From positions 1 to 48,443 of the forward strand of contig JAYRIP010000009.1 in assembly GCA_041906765.1 (NCBI GenBank): a DNA stretch of 48,443 nt, written 5' to 3'. Positions within the stretch are counted from its first letter, which is position 1, and every line of letters starts with the position of its first letter. Below are positions 26,107 through 34,280 of the stretch, in pieces. Source of the stretch: Candidatus Saccharimonadales bacterium (lineage in GTDB: Bacteria > Patescibacteriota > Saccharimonadia > Saccharimonadales > JAYRRP01). The notes under the pieces are model-generated. The model saw only the letters and a list, made by a program, of their open reading frames with translations. It ran no database searches and had not been told where the DNA came from. The translations under genes were made by a program, and so were the position numbers.

Positions 26107-26925
26107 ATGAGACTATTGAATGGCCGTGAACTGGCTGGTTTTATTAAAGAGCGCCAAGCCAAGCAGGTGAGATCGCTCCGTCAGACGTACGGCATTATTC
26201 CACGCCTGGCAATTGTCCAAACCAAAGATGATCCAGTGATTAACACCTATGTACGTCTGAAAAAACAGTATGGTCATGACATACTTGCGGAAGTTGATCT
26301 GCATTTTGTGGACCAGACCAAAGTATCCGGCTTGTTGGAAAAACTTAATCGTGACGACAAGATACAAGGTATTATCGTCCAGCTTCCGTTAGCGGATCCA
26401 ACGGCAACTACGGAATTTTTGGATATGGTTGCACCACAAAAAGACATTGATGCGCTGGGTAAAAGCCCTGAGTTTGACCCAGCTACGCCAATGGCCATTA
26501 TGTGGTTGCTTGCTGGATATAACATTGATTTGAGTGGAAAAAATATTCTGCTCATTGGCCGCGGCAAACTGGTCGGCCAGCCGCTAGAGAAAATGTTGAG
26601 ATCATCTGGCTACACAGTAGAAACTGCTGATCGTCAGACTAAAAACCTGAAAGAGTTGACACTAGCGGCCGACATTATTGTGACCGCAACAGGTAGCCCG
26701 AGCATTTTGTACCCTGATATGGTAAAACAAGGCGCCGTCATTGTAGATGCGGGCGTTGCCAGTGAAGAAGGTAAAACGGTAGGCGATGTGGCGCCTTCGT
26801 TATTCGAACGTGACGATGTAACTATCACCCCCGATAAGGGTGGTGTTGGGCCGCTGACTGTCTGTGCGTTATTCGACAACCTTATACGTAGCGCCCGGCG
26901 GCAAGCTGAGGCAAACAAGAAATGA
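26107..26925 (+). CDS. folD: bifunctional methylenetetrahydrofolate dehydrogenase/cyclohydrolase
   Basis: LNGRELA...K, GIIVQLPL, GRGKLVGQP, PDKGGVGPLTV. Trimmed from the ORF-track 25723 to the ATG at 26107. Confidence 0.9.
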   Translation: MRLLNGRELAGFIKERQAKQVRSLRQTYGIIPRLAIVQTKDDPVINTYVRLKKQYGHDILAEVDLHFVDQTKVSGLLEKLNRDDKIQGIIVQLPLADPTATTEFLDMVAPQKDIDALGKSPEFDPATPMAIMWLLAGYNIDLSGKNILLIGRGKLVGQPLEKMLRSSGYTVETADRQTKNLKELTLAADIIVTATGSPSILYPDMVKQGAVIVDAGVASEEGKTVGDVAPSLFERDDVTITPDKGGVGPLTVCALFDNLIRSARRQAEANKK

Positions 26926-27596
26926 TTACAAACCATGTGATCGGTGTGTTTGACTCTGGAGTGGGGGGTCAGTCGGTAGCAAATGCCATCAAGCGAGCGC
27001 TGCCGGATTGCCAGGTAATTTACGTTGATGACAAAACGCACGTACCTTATGGCTCGAAAAAACCAGAAGAGCTGCGCCGTTTGGTGCTACCCATTTTGCT
27101 GGACTTACAAGAGAAGGGATGTGAGGTAATTGTAGTTGCCTGCAATACCGTAACAACGACACTTATCGATGAGCTACGCCAAACACTCAAAGTGCCACTT
27201 ATCGGGATGGAGCCAATGGTAAAACCCGCTGCCAGGCAAACAAAAACCGGAGTGATTGCGGTTTGTGCGACACCTACGACTCTGTCTAGCCCGCGCTACC
27301 GTTGGCTCAAGCAAACGTATACGGCGGGCATCAAAGTGGTAGAGCCGGATTGTAGCGACTGGTCACGTTTAATTGAACAGAGGGAAATAGATCGGCACCA
27401 TATCGAAGAACAGATTGAATCAGCTCTTGGTCAGAATGCTGATGTTATTATCCTTGGCTGCACACATTACCACTGGATAGAAGAACTTATTTGCCGAATT
27501 GTGGACGAACGCGCCGAAGTCATACAGCCAGAACAAGCCGTCATTAACCGATTGAAAGAAATGCTTGGTATTACAGCGAGTTCACGATCGTCTTAA
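26922..27596 (+). CDS. murI: glutamate racemase
   Basis: GVFDSGVGG, VVACNT, LGCTHY. ATGA overlap with folD. Confidence 0.9.
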   Translation: MITNHVIGVFDSGVGGQSVANAIKRALPDCQVIYVDDKTHVPYGSKKPEELRRLVLPILLDLQEKGCEVIVVACNTVTTTLIDELRQTLKVPLIGMEPMVKPAARQTKTGVIAVCATPTTLSSPRYRWLKQTYTAGIKVVEPDCSDWSRLIEQREIDRHHIEEQIESALGQNADVIILGCTHYHWIEELICRIVDERAEVIQPEQAVINRLKEMLGITASSRSS

Positions 27597-28896
27597 ATTG
27601 GTCGCCGCGATCCTGGTAATCCTTAAACATATCAAAGCTTGCACAAGCGGTAGAAAGTAATACTACATCGCCGGGTTGGGCATAATTACGGGCTGTTGCA
27701 ACAATTTCGCCCATGTTGCGGCCACCATCAACATGTTCATGAAATCTGGCATTATCTAGTGCTGCACGAATTTTAGCTGCCGTTTGGCCGATGAGTACAA
27801 CCTTTTTTACATTCTGGCTTGTAACTGCTTTTGCCAACTGCGCATAATCGGCGCCTTTGTCTGATCCCCCCAGGATAATTACTTTTGGTTGTGAAAAAGC
27901 TTCGAGGGCGACAATGGCTGTTTCGGGGGTGGTGCCGAATGAATCGTCATAGTACTGCACATCACCAATCGTACGGATGTATTCCAGGCGGTGCACTAAA
28001 CCGGTAAAGGAAGTAATGGCCGCTTTGGCGATATCACCTCGTCCACCGATTAGTTCCCAGGTAGCTGCAAGTGCGGCACAAACATTCTCGAGATTATGAC
28101 GCCCGCGCAACAGCACTTCACTTGTGTGACAAACCTGAGTACGATCCATGCAAACAGTGTCCCCGGTAACGGTTGCGCCGCTTGTCGATTGTGGCAATTG
28201 CCCGATAGGTGGCACCTCATAAGAAACTTTGCGGGCCGGTGAACTGCTGGCCACCTCAACTGAGAGCTGGTTTGCCCGGTTAAATATCGTTAGTTTCCCT
28301 TGATCTTGATGGCGGAACAGGTTTTGTTTAGATCTAATGTATTCAGCCATATCTTCATGCCAGTTTAGATGCTCCGGTACAACCATCAAGCATACAGCGA
28401 TAGCAGGCGATAGGCGCAAGTCGATAAGTTGGAAATTGGCCAGTTCCAACACCACCCAGTCAGAAGGATCTATGCGGTTTTTGAGTAAGTCCAATGGTGG
28501 AATACCAATATTGCCGCCGAGGTGCACGCGCATACCGGCTTGCTGTAGTATTTTGGTAATCAGTGCCGAAGTAGTGCCCTTACCTTTGGTGCCAGTTACG
28601 CCAATAATACGTGCCGGGCACACTCGCATAAATTCTTCGGTAACAGTGGTAACCTTTTCAAGAATCTGGGGAGAGTTGGCCTTAATAATATCACTGGGAT
28701 GAACACTGGGAGACCGGACGATGAGGTCATAGTTATCAAGCTCCCATAGGTAATCTGGCCCCAGGCGGGTTTGTACACCTTGGGGCAAGTTGGGAATATT
28801 TTCCTCCAAATCACAGATAGTGATGTCCTTGCCCGATTTCCAATACTCATAGGCAGATCGCCCTTGATCGCCATATCCTAAAATTGCGATTTTCAC
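27571..28896 (-). CDS. murD: UDP-N-acetylmuramoylalanine--D-glutamate ligase
   Basis: GVTGTKGKGTTS, and C-terminal LLSTACASFDMFKDYQDRGDQF. Convergent 26-nt overlap with murI. Confidence 0.9.
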   Translation of the reverse strand: MKIAILGYGDQGRSAYEYWKSGKDITICDLEENIPNLPQGVQTRLGPDYLWELDNYDLIVRSPSVHPSDIIKANSPQILEKVTTVTEEFMRVCPARIIGVTGTKGKGTTSALITKILQQAGMRVHLGGNIGIPPLDLLKNRIDPSDWVVLELANFQLIDLRLSPAIAVCLMVVPEHLNWHEDMAEYIRSKQNLFRHQDQGKLTIFNRANQLSVEVASSSPARKVSYEVPPIGQLPQSTSGATVTGDTVCMDRTQVCHTSEVLLRGRHNLENVCAALAATWELIGGRGDIAKAAITSFTGLVHRLEYIRTIGDVQYYDDSFGTTPETAIVALEAFSQPKVIILGGSDKGADYAQLAKAVTSQNVKKVVLIGQTAAKIRAALDNARFHEHVDGGRNMGEIVATARNYAQPGDVVLLSTACASFDMFKDYQDRGDQFKTIVNSL

Positions 28897-28925
28897 ACCA
28901 TAAAGTATACAGGTTTGAGGCGAGT

Positions 28926-29303
28926 TTAGTGCTTAGTTTTTAGCTGGTTCTGAACGAGTTCGGCTACTTGTCGAGGAGTCATGTCTGCCTTCAAAATAAC
29001 GGCAGAAACACCTAGCTCTTTGACTGGTTCGGGAATTTCTTGTTCACCGACGTTAGTTAAAATGACCACCATGGTATCTTTGCCCCAGGTGGTTTTTCGC
29101 ATTTGTGCAAGCATTTGGTCGCCGGTCATCTCCGGCATCATCAGGTCGAGCAACACAATATCTGGTCGCATCTTTTCACACAGTTCCAGGCCAAGTTTAC
29201 CGTTTTCAGCAGTTTCTACTTGATAACCTTCGCCCTCGAACTTGATGCGATACATCTGACTTATCGCTATGTCATCTTCTATGATGGCAATTTTGGCTGC
29301 CAT
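28926..29303 (-). CDS. standalone CheY-like receiver protein 1
   Basis: IIEDD, LLDLMMP (phospho-Asp), LTN, LKA. Confidence 0.9.
   Translation of the reverse strand: MAAKIAIIEDDIAISQMYRIKFEGEGYQVETAENGKLGLELCEKMRPDIVLLDLMMPEMTGDQMLAQMRKTTWGKDTMVVILTNVGEQEIPEPVKELGVSAVILKADMTPRQVAELVQNQLKTKH
29108..29166. repeat. 59-nt block identical between receiver genes 1 and 2
   Basis: 29108-29166 equals 29522-29580 (CAAGCATTTGGTCGCCGGTCATCTCCGGCATCATCAGGTCGAGCAACACAATATCTGGT). The flanking codons have diverged. Confidence 0.9.
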
Positions 29304-29345
29304 GTATGTATGTTACGGGATGGCGCAAGCGAATACAACCGGGCT

Positions 29346-29723
29346 TTATTTTGCTTGCAGCACATCTTTGATGGCTTCAACTACTTGTTGAGGGGTAAGG
29401 CTGGCCTTTACGAGGTAACGGGAAACATCAAGGTGTAATAAGCTTTCGGGAGCTTCATCTGCACTGATATTGGTGAGCACCACTACTTTCATTTGTCCCC
29501 AGTTTTCTTGACGTACCTTTTCAAGCATTTGGTCGCCGGTCATCTCCGGCATCATCAGGTCGAGCAACACAATATCTGGTTGGAAGCGCTTAATAAGTTC
29601 GTATCCTGTAGCCCCGTCTTGCGCAATTGCAGTATTGAATCCCTCGCCGTCGAATTTGATTTTATACATCTCTGCGATGGCAAGGTCATCCTCAACAATG
29701 GCAACCTTATAAGCTCTCGACAT
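29346..29723 (-). CDS. standalone CheY-like receiver protein 2
   Basis: IVEDD, LLDLMMP, LTN, VKA. The start was set to MSRAYK by analogy with its paralogues. Confidence 0.88.
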   Translation of the reverse strand: MSRAYKVAIVEDDLAIAEMYKIKFDGEGFNTAIAQDGATGYELIKRFQPDIVLLDLMMPEMTGDQMLEKVRQENWGQMKVVVLTNISADEAPESLLHLDVSRYLVKASLTPQQVVEAIKDVLQAK

Positions 29724-29779
29724 ATTACCCAGCATACGCCCCGCAATGTCACAACACAAATTGCGTCAAGAGACGCAAG

Positions 29780-30178
29780 TCAGGCATCTGTGCGGCTAGT
29801 GCCAAGCACTTCATCCACAATTGCCAGCACCTGCCCAGGGGTGTAGTGTGCTTTTACTATGTAGCGGTCAACGCTTAACAGGCGAAGCTTGCTGGGGGCC
29901 TCATCCTTACTGATGTTCGTAAGGATAATTACCCGAATATCGCCGCCCCAGCTTGTGGCACGGAGCTGTTCCAGCATGTCATCACCGGTCATTACGGGCA
30001 TACGGATATCAAGTAGCACCAGGTCTGGTCGATTTTCTTCTATAATCTCGAGTCCTTGTTTACCGTTATAGGCGACCACTGTATCAAAACCGGCTTTCTG
30101 TAGCTTTAATTGATACATGTGCGCAATTGGCAGGTCATCTTCAATGATGGCTATTTTTTGTTTATTCTGTTTGCGCAT
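29780..30178 (-). CDS. standalone CheY-like receiver protein 3
   Basis: IIEDD, LLDIRMP, LTN, VKA. Confidence 0.9.
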   Translation of the reverse strand: MRKQNKQKIAIIEDDLPIAHMYQLKLQKAGFDTVVAYNGKQGLEIIEENRPDLVLLDIRMPVMTGDDMLEQLRATSWGGDIRVIILTNISKDEAPSKLRLLSVDRYIVKAHYTPGQVLAIVDEVLGTSRTDA

Positions 30179-30310
30179 ACACTTTCAGAATAACAGCAAC
30201 TGAAAATTACTTAAATCTTTAGAATTAGAACTCAACGAAATAATTTTATATTGCTTTTATAAAGAGATGAATATGATGATTATTTCGATCACTATGTAGT
30301 TAACCTACTA

Positions 30311-30898
30311 TTAATAATCAGACTTATACATTTCTTGCTGTATTAAGTCTCTGATTATTTCAGATTTTGTCTTACCGGTCTGCAGTCCGACCCAGTTCAA
30401 ATAATTTAATAATTTTCTAGTAATGAAGAAATTAAAACGGATGTTTTTTCCGTCCATACTATTTTCACTTATAAATTTCTTGATAACCCCTTCAACGTTA
30501 CTGTCTGTATAATGGGAATATTTAATTATATCTTCACTAAGGCTAACACCTAATACACTATCTATTTTCTCTAACTTTGATAGAAGTAAAATTGGTTTCT
30601 TCAACTGGAGTGCATGCGCCACTTGAAACCCGACTAAAAAAGATTTTTGACCGACTTCAGCAACTACGATATCGGCTCGAGATATGGCATTAATATTTTC
30701 GCGGTATATTTCTGACCAAGATAATTCATTTTTAGCGTTACTGTCAGAAAGAGTGTGTCGTCTATGGGCGTTCTCAAGCCAATTACTTGTAAGCTCGACA
30801 CCATGCTTTTTGAGTATATTAATAATTAATCGATATGAGTGAATTTCTGACTCAAGTTCGATGGTAGACGTAATAAAATGAGCCCTCATATTAGGCAT
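30311..30898 (-). CDS. nucleoside 2-deoxyribosyltransferase-like domain fused to a C-terminal ribbon-helix-helix domain (putative ligand-sensing regulator)
   Basis: ADIVVAEV....S.LVGFQVAHALQLKKPILLL resembles the NDT fold, with Gln where the catalytic Glu is expected. The C-terminal RFNFFITRKLLNYL...GKTKSEIIRDLI looks RHH-like. Start set to the ATG at 30898. Confidence 0.5.
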   Translation of the reverse strand: MPNMRAHFITSTIELESEIHSYRLIINILKKHGVELTSNWLENAHRRHTLSDSNAKNELSWSEIYRENINAISRADIVVAEVGQKSFLVGFQVAHALQLKKPILLLSKLEKIDSVLGVSLSEDIIKYSHYTDSNVEGVIKKFISENSMDGKNIRFNFFITRKLLNYLNWVGLQTGKTKSEIIRDLIQQEMYKSDY

Positions 30899-30906
30899 TG
30901 TAACAT

Positions 30907-30933
30907 TGTATATACATACTTCGTGTGTATATA
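30907..30933. promoter_or_regulatory. divergent promoter region with two direct TGTATATA boxes (candidate operator)
   Basis: TGTATATA occurs at 30907-30914 and 30926-30933, 19 bp apart. The boxes overlap the minus-strand -10 (TACAAT, 30905-30910) and the plus-strand -10 (TATAAT, 30930-30935). Confidence 0.35.
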
Positions 30934-30965
30934 ATATAAACTGATAATTCTGTGAGCTAAAGTAC

Positions 30966-31859
30966 ATGACAGATATTCCCAAAGTTGAGACAGCAATTAA
31001 CGCAGAAACAGCCGAGCTTGAAAACTCTCCACAAATTTATGTTGGTTCTCCAGATTTTCAGTTGCCAGTCGTTGGACACGAAGTTATTGCGTATAGAGAG
31101 ACGGAGTTTTTTGTTGGTAAAGTTGCACTTGATGGTTGCTGTAGAACAGGGAAAGGAGAGCAGCTAAGATCTCTCCATAGTTATTTTACTTCTAGAGGGG
31201 TGCCAACAATGCTATTAAAAGGTGACGGTACTCGCCTAGGGGCCGGTGAAGCGTGGCACGATCTCGGCTCCTGTTATTGGACACATCGGCATGATTATCA
31301 TGCTGGCCTTCATACACCTCGAGCCGAATGGGATGTTGATGCATATACTTTAGCCAGAGAGAATCGGGTATGGCTAAAAACTTTAGATGAGATCGCTAAG
31401 ATATCTCGTAGTCGGTTTGCGGTTGCAATATTTGACAGGTCCATTATATCTAGAGCTACGCTTGCTATTCAACGAGAAGGTTTAACAGAAGGTCGACTCA
31501 CAGAAGAACAAATGTGGCCTTCGTACATTCAAATACCTGGTGAAGAAATTACTTATGCAGAAACGCAGCCTGATATCTTGTTTAATCTGACAGCACCGCA
31601 AAATGTGCTGGAAGCACGTATCTCACAAGATGATTCTGACCGTGCTTTCAGGATGCGAGCCGTCTACGAGTATTATGATGATTTCATGCGCGCGAAAGAA
31701 GCACTACCAGAAAGCACGAAGACTAAAATAATTGATTTAGATGGTGAAGCTTCAATTGGTGAGAATACCACCATTATCTTGGAGCACTTGAGTGAAGTAT
31801 TTCCAGAAGTGGAACAACTAAAAGTAGTGCCGCCAATGTATGAGAGATACACATCATGA
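30966..31859 (+). CDS. thymidylate-kinase/dNK-like P-loop protein with an atypical Walker A
   Basis: LDGCCRTGKGEQ (GxxxxGKG) followed by FDRSIISRATL, which is DRY/S-like. Confidence 0.5.
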   Translation: MTDIPKVETAINAETAELENSPQIYVGSPDFQLPVVGHEVIAYRETEFFVGKVALDGCCRTGKGEQLRSLHSYFTSRGVPTMLLKGDGTRLGAGEAWHDLGSCYWTHRHDYHAGLHTPRAEWDVDAYTLARENRVWLKTLDEIAKISRSRFAVAIFDRSIISRATLAIQREGLTEGRLTEEQMWPSYIQIPGEEITYAETQPDILFNLTAPQNVLEARISQDDSDRAFRMRAVYEYYDDFMRAKEALPESTKTKIIDLDGEASIGENTTIILEHLSEVFPEVEQLKVVPPMYERYTS

Positions 31860-32269
31860 ATGTAAATGTGAGTGCAATTATAACCCACAATCGTAGAGTG
31901 CTTTTAATTCAACGAGATATTAATGATGAGCATTTTCCTGGTCACTGGGGTATACCTGGAGGTGGCATGGAGAAGGGGGATATGTCTATTGAGGAAACTG
32001 CTATAAGAGAGGTTCTGGAAGAGGTCGGACTTCACATTATTCCTACTGAAATCAGATTTAATAATAGGTATAAAGATGTTTTGTTTATAGTGATCACCGC
32101 AATACTCGCCAATAGAAAGGAATATTCTAATAAGCTAAATACTTCAAGTGAGGTTTATGGCCATGAGTGGGTAGGGCGGGATGAACTCGAAGATAAAAAT
32201 TTTACCCCGTTTACGAAAGAGAGAGTACTAGAAGTGTTAGAAGAGCTTAATTTGGATGCAGATAAGTAG
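31856..32269 (+). CDS. Nudix hydrolase
   Basis: Nudix box GGGMEKGDMSIEETAIREVLEEVGL. ATGA overlap with the upstream gene. Confidence 0.85.
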   Translation: MNVNVSAIITHNRRVLLIQRDINDEHFPGHWGIPGGGMEKGDMSIEETAIREVLEEVGLHIIPTEIRFNNRYKDVLFIVITAILANRKEYSNKLNTSSEVYGHEWVGRDELEDKNFTPFTKERVLEVLEELNLDADK

Positions 32270-33656
32270 GATCATCCTTGTCGGCTTTGGTCGTCACGCA
32301 AAAAGAATCTATCAACCTATTATAAGCAGTTTACCCAACGCCCAAATAGTGGGTGTTGTTGATCTTCAAGAAGAAAAAGAAGCTTTACAAGCATATTTAT
32401 CACAGCATGATATCAATACTGCTACTCTATTTGTGCGAAAAAATGATTTTAGCCTGACCAAACTGAGTGTATTCGCCAAGCAACTTGGTGCGAATGTGGC
32501 TGTTATTAGTACTGATCCTGAGAATCATGTCATATATGCAACATGGGCGCTTAAAAGTGGTCTTCATGTTCTAATGGATAAACCAGTGCACGCGGAGCCA
32601 GAATCAGCCCATGATGTCACAGCTGCACGATGCATCCACTTACGATATCAAGAGTTACTGAGTCAGTTCCACGAGAGCAAAGAGGTGTATCCGCATCTTA
32701 AATGCATAATTCTGACACAACGTCGGTACCATCCGGCATACAGGTTAATTAGAGATATTATCAAGGAAGTATTTGAAAAGACCGGTAGCCCGATTACTTA
32801 TTACTATAGCTTCCACAACGACGGGCAATGGCGTCTCCCAAAAGAGTTAGCGACACTTGAATACCACGGGTTTAATAAAGGTTTTGGTAAGGCTTCTCAT
32901 TCAGGCTATCATTTTTATGATTTGCTGAATTGGTTTTCTGAACCATATCGAAAAGCCTTTTGTATAGATAGATTATCCGTGAAAGCTTGGCCAAATTTTC
33001 CTAATAACTATTATCGGCAAGTAACACCTACAGTCATTAATAGCGTATTTCAGGATTATCGTGTGCATTCCTCAGAAAAGAACAAATTTTCTAATTACGG
33101 TGAGATCGACGTTATGAGCACAATACAACTTTGTTCTGAGGAAAGTACTATTACTCACGCCCAGGTGGATCTACTGCATTCCGGCATATCTACCAGATCA
33201 TGGTTGGCGATCGAAGGGAGAGATTTATATAAAAATAACGGGAGAGTACGACACGAGCAACACTATATAAACATGGGACCATTTCTCGCTATTTCACTTA
33301 CCTCTTGGCAATCAAAACCGTTTCATGCAGAGAATATAGAAGATAAAGCAATCTTCAGACCAGGACACGAATTTAATCTTGATATTTCGATTTGCCGTAA
33401 CAGCAAGCTCATCGGTGGAAAGGATGCGGAGACAATTTCCCTAAGAGATATTTATGAACCAACCCTAGAAGATTACTCAAGGGGCCACCAGGAAGACGCA
33501 AGAAGGAGCGCCATAGTAGAATTCTTTCAACTTGTTGAGACGAACCGAGGAGACAATACCTCTTCATTAGAGTCACATATGCTCTCAAGTATGATTATGT
33601 CGACTGTCTACGAGTCAATCGCAAGCAAAGATAGAGTAGTAAATAGATTTGTATAA
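32256..33656 (+). CDS. Gfo/Idh/MocA-family oxidoreductase
   Basis: N-terminal Rossmann motif ILVGFGRHA and ...VLMDKP. Overlaps the Nudix gene stop. Confidence 0.65.
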   Translation: MQISRIILVGFGRHAKRIYQPIISSLPNAQIVGVVDLQEEKEALQAYLSQHDINTATLFVRKNDFSLTKLSVFAKQLGANVAVISTDPENHVIYATWALKSGLHVLMDKPVHAEPESAHDVTAARCIHLRYQELLSQFHESKEVYPHLKCIILTQRRYHPAYRLIRDIIKEVFEKTGSPITYYYSFHNDGQWRLPKELATLEYHGFNKGFGKASHSGYHFYDLLNWFSEPYRKAFCIDRLSVKAWPNFPNNYYRQVTPTVINSVFQDYRVHSSEKNKFSNYGEIDVMSTIQLCSEESTITHAQVDLLHSGISTRSWLAIEGRDLYKNNGRVRHEQHYINMGPFLAISLTSWQSKPFHAENIEDKAIFRPGHEFNLDISICRNSKLIGGKDAETISLRDIYEPTLEDYSRGHQEDARRSAIVEFFQLVETNRGDNTSSLESHMLSSMIMSTVYESIASKDRVVNRFV

Positions 33657-34026
33657 GGTAATTAAATTGAGAAAAGATTGGAAGAACTTAGCCCCAGGTT
33701 TAGTTCGACAAAGGGTGATTATTGAAGGTACGACAAGTAAAATAATCAAACAGATAGAGATTAAAAAATATTTGAATGAACTTGCTAAAGTAACGGGTAT
33801 GGAAAAATTGTCCGGGCCTTATGCGTATTCTGCACATGAGATGGGATACGGAGGATGGATTCACTGGAAAACATCTGGCGCTACCTTTTACTCATATCCG
33901 GTTGAGCCACCTTTCTTTACAGTTGATTGTTATACATGTAAACCTTTTTCTGCTAAGGAAGCAGCGGAATTCACTAAGAGTTACTTTTTAACTATCGAGC
34001 TTGTTTGGCAAGAAGTTGAAGTATAG
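33649..34026 (+). CDS. S-adenosylmethionine decarboxylase-like (pyruvoyl-enzyme fold) protein
   Basis: 125 aa. WKTSGATFYSYPVEPPFFTVDCYTCKPF resembles the SHI.IHTWPE....D.FTCG core of small AdoMetDCs. Only a TTG start is available. Confidence 0.5.
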   Translation: MYKVIKLRKDWKNLAPGLVRQRVIIEGTTSKIIKQIEIKKYLNELAKVTGMEKLSGPYAYSAHEMGYGGWIHWKTSGATFYSYPVEPPFFTVDCYTCKPFSAKEAAEFTKSYFLTIELVWQEVEV

Positions 34027-34180
34027 AAAGTAGCTGGCTAGACTAAATAATGACAGCTGATTTTCTAGTTGTATACTTCCATTACCTTTTTAAGATCTAG
34101 GGTTATAAAAAGGCAACTAGGGAAATATTGACTTTTTAAACCATTTATGCTATTTTACAACTCAGTACTTTAGCAGAATA

Positions 34181-34235
34181 AAGCCGACGCTGAAGCCCTG
34201 AGGGCAAATACATGGCGTCGGTTTTTTATTTTTCG
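34181..34235 (+). terminator. rho-independent terminator or attenuator
   Basis: CCGACGC (34184-34190) pairs with GCGTCGG (34215-34221), enclosing an inner hairpin GCCC-TGA-GGGC, followed by TTTTTTATTTTT. Confidence 0.7.
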
Positions 34236-34280
34236 CAAGCATGTGTACTCGTGCGTAGCTATTTGAGGATATGCCAGAGA

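Noticed and set aside
34028-34280. T-box riboswitch upstream of the ArgRS-like gene
   Set aside because: The leader is too short. I found no specifier-loop architecture and no T-box consensus (..GGGTGGTACCGCG..). Only a plain terminator hairpin is present.
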